A DNA stretch of 64,000 bases from Anthoceros angustus. Taxonomy: Eukaryota > Plantae > Anthocerotophyta. Made by a program: the position numbers and the translations under genes. The notes under the pieces are model-generated. The model worked only from the letters and a program-made list of their open reading frames with translations, made no database searches and had not been told where the DNA came from. Positions 47,082-59,670 of this stretch are shown here, in pieces (the stretch's first letter is position 1; the number at the start of each line of letters is the position of its first letter). Where the stretch lies: NCBI GenBank assembly GCA_010909165.1, contig MU008179.1, forward strand, positions 868,001 to 932,000, in the 5' to 3' direction.

Positions 47082-47964
47082 TGTTAGGAGAAGATATATT
47101 AGGTTATATATATATATCTTAGTTAAACCTTAACCCATGTGTTAAGTCAAATTACCTGTAGTCGTTAGGTTATGCTGGTGAACCGTCACATAAGTCGTTT
47201 TTAAGACAATTTTGTTATTCTGGATATTCATTCTAATCAGTTGTGCTTGGCTATCTCTAGCTGTCTTTTATTCATATGGTATCAGAGCTCGATGCTCTAC
47301 ATCCTGGGGAAAGTCTTACATGATGCCGAGACGCAGGGGCTGTAGAGAATTGCATCGAGGCGTGTCATCCCCAAAACAGAATTACAACAGGGGATATCAG
47401 CCACGACAGAAAGCACCTCTTCCTTTAGATACGGTGCTAGATCTCTACGAGTAAAATTACCTTGCTCTCTGGCTACAGAAGTTTGCTGCAAGACATTCTC
47501 GAAGGACACCTTCAACCAGGTGGACATTGAATAAAAATCAAGAAGTAGATAGGCTATATAGGGAACGTTGTCATAGGAGGGGACAGAACCCGGACCTATA
47601 CTCCAATCCCAGATCACAAGGATCTGCTAGCCTAAATCTATTTCCTAGGTCAAGAACTCTTGCAAGAAACTCAAGTTCTGAAGTTGGGAGACCAAGTCGT
47701 TATCAACGTTCAGCAGCAGAACACGACACGCCTGTAATTAACCCTCACACGGGTATAGGGATTGTTGCTGAAAAATCTCAAGATTCTCTCACCCGTGTTG
47801 AAAAGGTGTTGTCCACAGTTCTGCAAAATCAGACCTTCCTCAAGAACCAAATCCATAGCCTGGATTCAATGGCTGCGAGTGCCATCCTTTCCTGCAAGGG
47901 CCAACTCCAGAAAGACATAGGCAGAATTATTGATCTTCTCCAAGATATGGACATCAGTCTGTGA
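47082..47964 (+). mobile_element. Truncated LTR-retroelement 5' end: ~193-bp LTR, tRNA-iMet PBS and a coiled-coil-like ORF
   Basis: TGTTAGG (47082)...TTATTCA (47274), then TGGTATCAGAGC (47277-47288). ORF 47527-47964 has heptad-like LTRVEKVLSTVLQNQTFLKNQIHSLD. No second LTR was seen. Confidence 0.6.
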
Positions 47965-48849
47965 ATTCTGGACCAAAATAAACACCATAATATTTGAAGC
48001 GGCTGAATATACATGAAGCGGCTTTTCAGTTGAATATATACGGCATGTGGTTTTCGATGGGTATCGACGAGCCATATTTGAGCATACACCTAAGATGGCA
48101 GGAATATGGTGTGTCGTGGACTACCAGGACGTATGACGGCACACATCATGACAGAAGGGTCCACAAATCATGCGAGCATTGTTTTTGCTAGAAACGATGC
48201 CCATGTCCTTAGACCATGCGATACGATTAGGATCCGTTAATGACCGTGGCACCCACCTCGGGCCCCTTTGAGGGAATGCGTACACATATGTATACTCTCT
48301 TGCTATACACCCATATATGCACATGGTGGACGAGGTTTTGAACAATGAGATAGGGTTTAACGGAAGAACCGCTGATCTGGCGCCGGCATGCCGGGCGCCA
48401 AGTCCGCCCAAGGGACTTGTCAGCGGTGGTATGCCCAACGTGAATGACTTTCTCGATGCCAACTGGTAGGACTCACTTCTTCAAATGCTTAATCAGCCAA
48501 GACCGGCCTTAGAGGACTAGTCATTTGCCATCGGGCACACGATCATGGACGAAACCTACAAAATGAACCAAAGTTGCTTCCTCCGAGTGGCTGTGGACAA
48601 GGCACCTTCCAAACCCGTTAGGGAACGAGGCACATATTCCGATCATTCCTCGCCAGACTCGAGTCCTCCCTCGATATGTTCCGCCTCGATCATCTATCGC
48701 TGTCCATTACACCATCCGGGGTTGCAGCTTGAGGTGGGCTCAGAGAGCACTCATCTTCTCTTTGATCGCTTTCGTCATGTAGACAGATGTTTCTCATGCT
48801 CAGCTTGGAACCCATAATAAACGATAACCGCTTTCCGAACGAATAACTT

Positions 48850-49658
48850 TTGTATATTAGGTGGATTGTGTTGTTTGCCCCTCTTCCTGGTGGATGCCCT
48901 TCGCTTGCATCCGCAAATATAGAATTTTCGGAAGGAACCCATTATACGTGTGGATAACGTCCTGAATAATAGCAATAGTCAAGTTTGCATCATTCCTCGA
49001 TTCGCAAAGTGGAGATACGCCGGCTTTCAAAGTATAATTGTGTACCATGCAGCCCACCACGTGGACCGCTATGCCCTCCTCAGTCCTTCGCCATCTCAAA
49101 ATATGCGGCAACTCCGCCTCTTCTCGATCCATCCCGTCAATGCATAGTAATATGTATTTCGAGGACAAGTAGCTTTTAGCGATGCTTCATCAACTTCTTC
49201 CTCTCGCTCATCAACCGTGTTCGATGTTTATTTAAAGCGCCCCGATATACATCTCGCTAAACACAAGATCGAACCGCTTAGAAAGGACAAGTTAGTTCCA
49301 CATGGTTAGCCCATTCAAAAATACAAACATTTTATTCCCCAACCATGCCGGAAACATGTCATCGAGGCACTCTGCGGCCAATGCCATTCCACCAAGACAG
49401 GCATGACAGGCGAGGAAGGCTCGCGCCAACCATCCGGTGTGCAACTATGCCGAGAGGACTCTTGAGCGCCGATAGCCCTTAACTCGATGGGAGGCGCGGC
49501 ATGCCGTCGCCCTAGCACTCGGGCGCGACGCCCGGCCCCATCCGCGCGAATGCCGGTGACCGGTGGGTAGGCGCCGCCGCCGCCGCCGCCGCCGCCGGCC
49601 TGGCGCCCTCCCATCGATGCGCCGAATGCCGGTGACCGGTGGGTGCGTGGCATGCCGC

Positions 49659-49701
<43 letters not shown>

Positions 49702-49717
49702 ATGGGAGGCGGCGGCA

Positions 49718-49768
<51 letters not shown>

Positions 49769-50560
49769 AAGCTAGGGCGGCATGGCGCCGCATGCCGGCG
49801 CTCTCGACGCGCTGGGCCTGCGCGCCGCCCGGCCGGCGCCTCCCATCCGGCGCCGCCCGGCCGCCCCATCCGGCTGTGGCGCGCGCCAGATGTAAGGCGC
49901 GATGCGGCTGCAGAGAGGGCGCCGCATGCCGCCTCAGACGCGCCGGAGAGGACTCTTCGTGGCGCCGCCCGGCCGCCCGCCTTTTCCGGCGCCGCCGCGA
50001 CTCAGTGGCATGGCGCCGCATGCCGCGCGCCGCCGCCGCCGCCGGCCTCTCATCGAAGCCGGCCGATTTCACAAGGCACCGGCATGCCGCCTTCATTCCA
50101 TGGCTCCAACATGGCCGCCGCCAGGAAGCTAGGGCGGCATTCGGCGCCTTTGCATCTACACGCCACGTTAGAGGGTTAGCTCTCCTAAAGAGTATGATAC
50201 CTATTACAAGATTCTATGTGAAATGACGGAGAACCGTATGTCAGCATACCTTGATCAATCCGATGACCAGATCGGATGTTGTATTTCAACCCCGCGATAA
50301 CGCACATGTCGAAAACCGGTTGGACTTCGGAATTTTCACCCTCTTAAAATTTTCTGTCCATAGCCTCAGGAAATATGCATATGACACAAACCGCAGCCCA
50401 GCTTGTTCCATGTCGTATGATACTGATTCCAAACCTCAAGTTTAGTGAATGTGTCCGGAAGGTTGTACACTTCAACGTTGGGCAACCTTTCTGCCAACAG
50501 AAGAAATGTTGAGTCCATCCACGCGATCGCAGCAAGAGCATGTGAGGATTGCACACGAGG
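48850..50560 (-). pseudogene. Degenerate DDE-type transposase (DUF7869-like pattern) containing a ~1-kb GC-rich intron
   Basis: Exon ~50560-50238: ERLPN..YNLPDTFTKLEVWNQY...YFLRLWTENFKRVKIPKSNRFSTC. Donor GTATGC at ~50237; acceptor TTTAG at ~49258. Next exon: RDVYRGALNKHRTRLMSERKKLMKHR..KYILLCIDGMD..LPH...HVVGCMVH...DANLTI...LPKILYL. Family assignment is from recalled motif spacing only. Confidence 0.55.
49480..50150. repeat. GC-rich low-complexity block of (GCC)n/(GGC)n runs and GCATGCCGC motifs
   Basis: Read directly; internal direct repeats GCCGGTGACCGGTGGGT (2 copies) and GGAAGCTAGGGCGGCAT (2 copies). Confidence 0.85.
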
Positions 50561-53500
50561 ATTCGGCTTGGCCCCATCCCAAGGTGCTCAAGAATACCGC
50601 TCTTCAACTCGTCAGATCTTGCAGCCTATGCAAGAAACCCGACGAAATGCTTTCAGCAACAAGACGGGGCTCTCCCATAATGTAGGTGACAACCTTGTCT
50701 CGCATTTGGCATTCACATCCGTCTAACAAGAGATTGAAGGAATAACTCCGCCCTACCGCTTAGCCTCAAGAACCGGTCCTCTGCTCAAGACCATCCCTTG
50801 ACAAAATAGGAAGACACAACTTGTTGCAAGATGGCTTCCGAATCGCGCCGCCGCCGCCGCTTTTCCGTAAAGAGACACTGCGCTCGCCTTTGAATCGGCA
50901 AAACATTCTGCCTCCGCCGCATTGTCTCGACTCATCGCTTCGCCGATAAGAGACACCATTTCGCTTCCTCCGAGGTGTATGCGGCACATCAACAACGGAA
51001 TGAACCGGTCGCCCACCACGGTGTTCGTGATCGCTCGCAAACAAAGATCCGATCAGTCCCTTGGGAGGCTGGATTTGTACGACGACCGCCTTTCTCCCTC
51101 CGACCTGGGCTTCCACCCACCACACACCTATTCAAGTTCCGGGAGTAGGTGGCAACACCGTATTCCTACATTCGTGCGTGTGTTCTCCTAGCCCCGCAAA
51201 GGAAGACCATCGGTTTCATCCCATGGAACAAAGTACGCTATGCACCATTTCTACGCTGCAGACACCTTGCTATTCAAGTCAAACAACGACAAAATGTGAA
51301 CCACATAGGATCCAGCCATTGTGACATTTGGTCTTCGCAAAGGCATGGAGTGGGTATCAAAGAAATGACCTTCTAGTAGGGATTGTGCTTGCTTGAGTTA
51401 GGAGCGCCAAGCGATGGTGCACCGCTGAGTTCCTTCCCGCCCCTTCCAAGACCTTCTTCTTCTCGCATGAATGAGAAGGACCTTGTTGCACCCACGGACT
51501 CCATGAACAAGGACCTCCGCAACGGAGCGTTAGAACAAACAGACGCGTGCAATGACTTCCCACATTCGTAGCGTAAATGATCACCAGGTCGACTTCAGAG
51601 AATACCTCATCCTCGCCCAAGCCATGGATAGAATGCAAGATTCAAGGTGCCGACTTAGACGATCGCAACAAGCAACGAACATCAAGCTTGGAACATACCG
51701 GATGGGTCTTCAACCACCAAACCTCCCTCTTATTGCCGCCCAACACGCTGCGCTATTCAATTAAGAGGGCATAAGACATGCCACCACAGATACCACCACC
51801 GAACGGCGCCATTGCATCGATGGTTCGGTGGCGGCGATGAGGATATCCAGTGAAAATAGATTGCATTTATTGTGATATAACAAAGGTTCGTAATGATCGA
51901 GATAGTGTCATATCCGGTATAAATAAGACAGGTATTGGGGTTTAAATATTGGCGTGGTCTATATTTCACGCCGTCACCACATTAGGGTTTCTTACGGATG
52001 TCCGCTTCTAAAAAGGGTATAACCGAGGAGCCCCATCATACCGCTGCTTTTTGCGTGAAGCTCGACGGAGTGCTCACGAGGCGGCGCGGCGTAATCCACG
52101 GAAGCACACCATCGCGCCAGCACCTTGGGCGCAACTCGCCCACCCGGCGCTAATCCCATCTGCGGCTGGAGCGATTGGCGCGGACGCAGTCCAGAGGGCT
52201 AGAGGCAGTCATCAGCGCGGACGCAAATCGAAGGTATTGTGGCAATCGCTAGCTTTTTGCTCCAACTCACAGCCCTGGTGTGTGCGTTCGCTGATTACAG
52301 ACGGGGTGCAGGATTATGGCGAGTGGACGGCGTAGCAAGAAAGACCTGCCGGAAGCAGCTGCCGACAACCCCGGGATTGTGGTGAAGGCGAAGAAGGCGC
52401 GGAAATCGAAGGCGCCGACAGGAGATGCGTTGCCCGAATCTCCATTGCCGGTGAGCGTTTTTCCAGGGCATGTTGGTGTCAGCTGAATCCATCTTTTCCC
52501 GTGCTTTTTAACTCCTGTACAGGGTGTTCGGAAGGCTGGGTCTCTGAATTCAAAAGACAGCAGCACCAAAGCGCATGGAGGAACAGAGGAGAAGAGTGGA
52601 ATGTCTCGAGCAAAAGAAGAGCACCCGAGCCCAATCCATCGCCATACACGTATGAGGAGACAAGTATCAAGCGGAGACACACAAGCCGGAGGAAACAGCA
52701 GATTGGACAAAGAATGGTTTCTAACCCATGCAAGTGAGCCACAGGAAGATGGGGCAATATGGACACCCTTGTTGAAGTTGTGGGTTACAGGCTACCTGGG
52801 GCTCGCCCAATCAGCGCTCAAGAGCCGGATGGGTATTGTGGGCAAGTTTGGAGATGGACACATTGCATCCGGAGGTGCAAGTGCTCTGCACATCAAGACC
52901 CTATGGCGTTGATAATTTGCCGCACACCCCAGATGATTACAAGGTGTTCCTCTTCAGGATAGATGGCTTTCAAGCGAAGAAATGTGAACCAAAGGAGCTG
53001 GCAATGCAATTTCGAGAAAGCTCACGCTGAAACCAGTGTGGCCACTTAGGCCTTCAAATTCACTTCGCACCTTTCCTCCCCATCCCGATATCCGACATTT
53101 CAACACTATGGTTTTGCGTGAAGACTGCTCCGATGCCTCCGGTCATCACAGAGTCTGATTAATCATGTGAGGGAGATGTCTTCCGAAGAACAAGATGTGC
53201 ACCCTCGAGTTCGCAATTGAGGACCAAGATCTCCTCATGTTGATTGAGCGAGCCGGGCCCTTCCGACGAGGAAGATGGCCCTATACCGTATGTACTGACA
53301 ATGGATGCGACGGGTCCGGGAAGATGCATGAGGCGGATATCATCATGGACTTTGCGCTCGAACCTCCGCCTCCTGCAAAGCATGCGCACGAGAGGACGAG
53401 GAGGGAGGGCCGATGCCGCGCCCATGCCATGCGTGAATTGGGCACCCCAAGTGTCTTGGTTTTGCCCGCCGACAAGTAAGGCGCCGGCATGCCGCGCCTT

Positions 53501-54779
53501 GATGTGCCTTCCATGGGAAAGCGCACCCGACATATGGAGAGGCCGGAACCGGAGCCAACCAAGGGTCAGCTGAGTGGGAACGATGCGGCCGGGAGGAAGG
53601 GGCAGGTGGGCATGCACCGCGCCGAAAGCGGTGCGGATATAGATGGCCGCATGCCGCGCCCATCCGACAAGTTGTTAGTGGTGCCCGAGTATCCTCGGAT
53701 GTTACACTAAGCGAAAAGCACCTACCGCAGATGTGATCGAGGCGAAGGGGAACCAGCGATACCATGGGGAGGAAGAAAGGCACAATGATGGGCAAGCCAT
53801 CCGCCATCCAAGATATTCCTACACTTCATGTGTCGATCGATGAAGAAAGGTTGAGGCGCCGCTGGATGAGGATTATTTGAAGACCGTTAGAGAAGCCGCA
53901 TATGGGAAGAAAGTGGTTCCGTGAAACGCCTCCGTTAAGCTGGAATACTTGAGACCTGTGTCATGACACGGCGTGGTGCATCTACAGATGTCCGGGTTAT
54001 CGTGTATGTGCACCATGCGCATGGTCGGCATGGTATGTGTTCCTGTGAGCATGTATGTCATGTGCGATATGTGGTGTATGTGTGGTGTGTGAAGATAGCG
54101 GCATCAAGGGAACGAATCGATTGTGAGTCACGGCGCATTATTGCCCAAACGACCGGCAGCGCAATATGGCACGATTTCGATTGAGGCCACGGCACCGGCG
54201 CGGGCGCCATGACATCAAGAACGCCGAAAGCGAGGTAGATAAAAGGGGCATAGGTCACGTAGAAACCGGATTGCTGATGTTTGTTCGATTGAGCCATACG
54301 GATCCCAAGGGGTTTTTCCGTGTGAGCTTTGGTAAAGGGACAGAGACGGGTTTGTGCCTGGACAAGGACGCTCCCATTTTGCACATCAGCAATCCCTTTA
54401 CAAAGCTCACCGGCAGGCCAGGCGGAAAGAGTGCGGAGCATCCAAAGTGAACCGACTAAGAACCGTGACCCACTCGAGATAAGTCAATGGTGGAGATTGC
54501 TGAGAATGCTATAGATTATTCTATGCTGTTTTATGCGGGTCGGTCCATTCTTCACCTAGCCGCCTTGGCGGAACTAGAACCCGCACTGCGGGCGTAGATT
54601 GTGGGACGAAGTGATTGACAAGCCGGCTCAAGCTGGATCGGATCAAGGAGGCACCAACACTCACTTTGATGGAATGCCGTACATAGTCTCTAGGGGAAGA
54701 GAGTGAGAGGGTGATGGTGTTCTTGCCCAGTGGACAAACGAGAATACACCCATCCAAGAAGCCGCATTCCGCCATTCAA

Positions 54780-57260
54780 AGATCCATGCCCACCGATTAG
54801 GAGGTCGATTCGAGTGGAGTCAAAGTCCCATTCGCCCCATCGCATTTGAAGAAAGTGTCATCAAGCAAGAATGGAGTACGCGGCCTCAAAAAAAAACGAT
54901 GTGTTCACGGCCAAGATGAGTAGCATGTCTCTTGCCGACTTTGAAGAGAAGTTCGTGGGCAATCGATGAGATGGTGCTCAAATACAAGTCCGAGTTCACA
55001 CCCGAGATGCACTGAGAAAATGAGCACTTTCCTAGCGTGGAGAAGCGCCGACTTGTTGCTGTGGACCCAAGGACCAAATTTTGCGTGATGCCCTGACTTT
55101 GGCGAGGGCGCAGAAGGGCCAAGAAGGCGCCAAAGGGAAGCGAAGAGGAAGAGGCGTCAAGCTCTCGCAAGGTGATGCAATCACGATTTGGTGGATGAAA
55201 TGTTTGCCAAGTTTGGGGAGATGTTTTGTCCTCCATAGAAAAGATCCAAGAACTATCAAAGTTCGCCATCAAGCCCAATGAACCTCTCGTCCCGCTATCC
55301 GAGGCTAAGGCAACCGTGAAGGACACACGGTGAAGACGGCGCGAAGCCGCCCAAATATACATAGCCGCCTTCCGGCAGTAAAGGAGAGTAATTGCCAATT
55401 TCCTTCACATGATGCACGGTGCTGATTATGAGTTGGAGCAGGCCTACGAGATGGCGAGAAAGGGTCATGAAAGGTGATCGCGGCCAGCGTCTTGGGGAAG
55501 AACATAACAGTCGGGGCGCATCAACACCTCGAACACGCCGGTTTCAAGGAAGAAATATGCCTCGGGAGGCAGCCGCAGCAAGCGCTATGCAGAGGAGTTC
55601 ACCCGCTAAGGAGAGCGCGATCAGTGCAGCCACCACCAAGGCAACGGTGAAGTGCCTCGCTGAGGGGCCGCAAAGCTCTGAGTGCGAATATCGACCCGTG
55701 GAGCTAAGGAAGGAGGCGTGCGAGCTTGTGCCAAGGCAGGCACACGGAGGCGTCTTTGGCGGGCCCACCGAGTTTAAGCCTAGGGCGTCGGTGGCGGTCG
55801 CCAAGCTAGGCTAGGCCTGAGGTGGGTACCCGAAAGCCTTGTAGCGAAGTACATAGGCTGCAAGAACAGTTGGCAAGTGGCATGAGTGCTGTTGGGAACA
55901 GTGCGCCCGTCAAGAATACGACTCGGACACGGAGTATACGTTGATGGCCCCAAGGGCCGGACGGCATGAGCTTGGGGAATTCTCAAAGAAAGAAGTCCGA
56001 GGAAGAAACCAACTCAAGATGCCCAAGTCCTTGAGTGAGGAGGAGAATGAAGGTGTCGTCTAAGCTAAGAAGGCATCAAGTCGAAATCCTCCTTGAGCAG
56101 GCAATGGATGCACCCATGGTGAGCCCGCGAGATCCGGGAGTAAGAGCACAACCTTTCAAGCAAGTTATGCAAGCTTGGATAAGGAGTCTCGGAAGGAGGC
56201 GTGGTGCAGGATCGCTAGTTTGAGAGAGCATCCGAAACCAACAGTAGCGAGGCAAAGGAGGCATCGCGATGGTAAACAACCAGAACCGGGAAATCACCGT
56301 GAATGGTTTCGCACCAGAATGCGTGTTAGTTGACACCGGCGCGGATCCGGTGTTACTTGGGGCACGGGTGCAGCAGGCGCTTCAGCTGTATGGAAGCAAG
56401 CTAAAGCCATGCGAGGTGCGCATCACCACCTCCGCAGGGACTAAGGAACAGGTGATGGGCATAACCCGCGATCCAATACGGATTGAGCTCAAACCCGGTA
56501 CCGAAGATTCCACTGTCATCGAAGTACGATGCTTGGTGTCTGATGCCAGAAACTACGATGTGTTGCTCGGTGCGGATGCCACTCATGGTCCGGCGATGGG
56601 TGTGGACCCGTTACACTCGATGGCGTTCTGAGCGCGATGGCAAGAGGGAGACTTTACGCATGTGGCAAGGATACCGCTGGACATGCACCAACGTGATGAA
56701 TGGGGGCCATGACTCACGGCATGTGTGGCGCTGAGCGAGATATGGGAAGAAACAAGAACCGATGAGGGAAAGTGCGGACGAATGGCAAGTAAGGATGTAT
56801 GTATATCAAGAACACTCCCATGCCGCTACTAGCGTTGGCAAGAGAGCATGTTCGAAAGGACAATCAAGGCATGGCGGATGGCTGGACACGAGGTCACGCG
56901 CGCTTACACCGAATAAGGCGAGAGCGTATCAACAATGAAGTAGTACGAGGGCAAGCGGACGTCGTGGGATCCACCTCAGAGCTATGCATCGCCAGTGGCT
57001 GGAAGCCGTGTTGAAAAGTGGCTTCGGGTAAAATACGTCGTCGAGTCGGATGAGAAGACACGCGGTGGCCAAAGCAAAATTGTCGTTGCAAAGGAAGTAT
57101 CCTGAATTATGCGAGCATCAAGCAATCAAGGGTTGTTGTCAAAGCAGTGCCCCGGACATCATGTTGGTGGGGAAACGGCTGACGAGGCAATCGGTGTCCC
57201 TGTGGACGATTAGGAACGGACGCGGGGGAGGCGTCGAGAACGGTCGAGGCCGTTAGGCGA
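54780..57260 (+). mobile_element. Degenerate Ty3/Gypsy-type element: gag, zinc-knuckle remnant, aspartic protease and the N-terminal half of a C5 DNA methyltransferase
   Basis: Gag-like pieces (VDEMFAKFG...KFAIKPNEP...YIAAF...YELEQAYEMARK) and a degenerate knuckle near 55650. Protease CVLVDTGADPVLLG (DTG at 56332-56340) ending YDVLLG. Then at 56975-57210, joined across frameshifts: EL..IASGLEAVLKSGFRVKYVVESDEK..AVAKAKL..LQRKYPEL...AIKGC...PDIMLVG. Confidence 0.6.
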
Positions 57261-59420
57261 GACCGTTTTGGGCCGCGGCGCCCGACGCCGAGTCCGCCCT
57301 GTGGAGGCGGCCAGGCTGGGAGGGCCGAGACGCCAGCCATGACGCTTCGGCTATGAGGCAAAGGCGAGCAAGGTCTCGTGAAGAATTTTAGAGTGTTGTT
57401 GCCACGCTTACATAACTATCTTTTCTCTCTTGGGATGAAATATAATGTACCGTTCTTTTACTTTCACACTTCATAGTAAGTGTCATTTTGAAGGCATCAT
57501 TTTCGGAGTCATTTTCGTTGTAGTTGTGTTTCCTTAATGTCCGGACTTAACAATTCTTGATGACCGGCAGTGGTTTAGCGGCTTGAGTATGGTGCGGCAT
57601 AACAAGACAGAAGCGGGCAAGCTTACATGAAATTTAAATCGTGGTTGGACGCCATGGGCCCAGCTCCTAAAATGCGCACTGTCAAGCTTTAGCCCGTGTA
57701 TAACCTTCAAGATACAATGAGCAAATGACATACAGACTCATCATTTCCTCAACACCTTGTCGGCGGAGGTCACAAGACCACATATGTTGTGCTCAACTTC
57801 ACTTATCGATGGCCCATCCCTAGCCCCTCTGCGGTCGAAACTGCGAACAAAAACATCCACGTGCACTTGCAAGTTAGTTCTGCGCCGGGTTGCTATGATC
57901 AAAGAGAAGCTTACAAGGTAAACAAGTCGGCAGACAGAAGCTGACCTGCTAACAATTTCGGTCATCTGTGCGCAACTCAAGGAGCCCAACATTGCGCATG
58001 CCTCGATTTGAGCCATGGTGGCAACGGATTTTGAGGAGGAGTTGGCTTTACGTAGGTTTGGCCTCCGTCAGTTCATTAGGGCGGTTCACAAATCTCGCAG
58101 CAAAGACAATAGCATTAGAGCATGACGAATGCTTTGCATCCCAACAGGCTAATCTCACGTTACGCAAGATATTGATTGATTACGGGCAGCCGCACTATCC
58201 CACAAGCTCAAACCGATAGTTCACCTCAGCTTTCTCTCCGCACACATGAAGAGCAGCATCTTTTGACCAGCATTCTCACGCACACCGAGAGCCTTGATCA
58301 TGGACATCAATGGTAGGACTCATTGAAAAATACAGGCAAGAAAAATACTCAGTGTATGCCATTGGAGCAGCATCTCCTTGGCGGATCCGTGTCTGCAAAA
58401 CTCGTGTGTAACCGCCAGCACGCAACCTTTCAAGTCCACAAGGTTAGAAACACTTTAGCCAGACAGAAACACACCGCAGGACCCCATTGCTAATGCCAAA
58501 ATCCTAGTAGCCACCATAAAACTCACCTGTATCGCTCTGCCATTTCGGTGAACAATTTAAAAACATTGCTATCTCCATGCACAGGTTCTTAACACAAGGA
58601 TCAACAAACAAAGGTAGCAACATGATCAGTCCCTTGAGAGGGCGACAACCCCTTGTTGGTACCCTGCAGCAGGGAGACTGCATTCATAGCCACGGACATG
58701 TAGGGCAGCAAGGAATCCAACCTAGAGCCACCGCAAACAAATGCAAGGCGTCGTGAGCTCCCAATTCAAGAACACGGAGGGAGATCACGGAAGAGGGGCA
58801 CACATCTGCATCAAGAAACCTCGGTAGCGATCGCATCCGCTGCGACACCTACCTCGCATTAATGCCGCACTCATGTGCACTGCACCCATGTGTTGCGAGG
58901 CGGGATCGGTATCGCGCAGTCGGGGCATTTGTCAACGGGGAGGCGAAACAAACGCTCATAGCAAGCGAAAGGGGCGGATCTCACCGAACAAGACATAATC
59001 TCCATCTTTAATGACGGGGATCTTTTGGCTGAAAGCCGGAGATGAAACCGCATTAGACCTTCCATGAGACTCAAACTCACGAGCGGCAAAGCCTCGAAAC
59101 AAATGCAGCACTAAAACCCGGATCTGTGGCTTGCCCCAGCCGCCGTCCAGCGGCAACTCGAATTGACATCTTTCTCCCCACAAGCGGGATAAGAAGCTTG
59201 GTGAAGGAGAACCGCTAAGTGCACTTTGATCGTCATGTTTTCTTGGTCTTGTTGAGCTCGTTGGCAAACCAACAGAGCGGATGAAAACTAAGCCAAGTAG
59301 AAGCTCCTTTATATCGCCAGCTCACCGGTAGAAGAAGCAAAGCCGTGCTACCGAGCGGCACGAAGCAACAGACCTCCAAGTTCTCAAAGTTACAATGCCT
59401 TTGGGATACGTGCTGTAATG

Positions 59421-59670
59421 AAGTGCGGTGCAAGAAGACCAAGCTCACATCCGGGCATTGGACAGAAAGGAGGCGGAGTCTTGAGAAGAGTCCGGGTGGT
59501 GGGTCATGCATTGCTCTCAAGTCCGTGCTTCAATTTCTGAATACCACCGGTAAGGAAGTGCGGTGGAAGAATACCAAGCTCAAGTAAAATTGCAGGAAAG
59601 GAGGCCAGTCTTGAGAAGAGCTGGGTGGTGGGTCATGCATTGCTCTGAAGTCAGGCTTCAATTCTTTATC
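59421..59670. repeat. ~130-bp diverged tandem duplication in probable TE DNA
   Basis: GAAGTGCGGTG.AAGAA.ACCAAGCTCA and GTCTTGAGAAGAG...GGGTGGTGGGTCATGCATTGCTCT each occur twice. Confidence 0.75.

Noticed and set aside
49315-50226. Arg/Ala/Pro/Gly homopolymer ORFs
   Set aside because: They are translations of (GCC)n low-complexity DNA inside a probable intron.
52317-54450. Possible spliced plus-strand gene (MASGRRSKK... exon with a GTGAGC donor and downstream acceptor)
   Set aside because: The frames are interrupted repeatedly and no domain was recognised. It may be a transposon accessory gene, but it cannot be supported as a feature.
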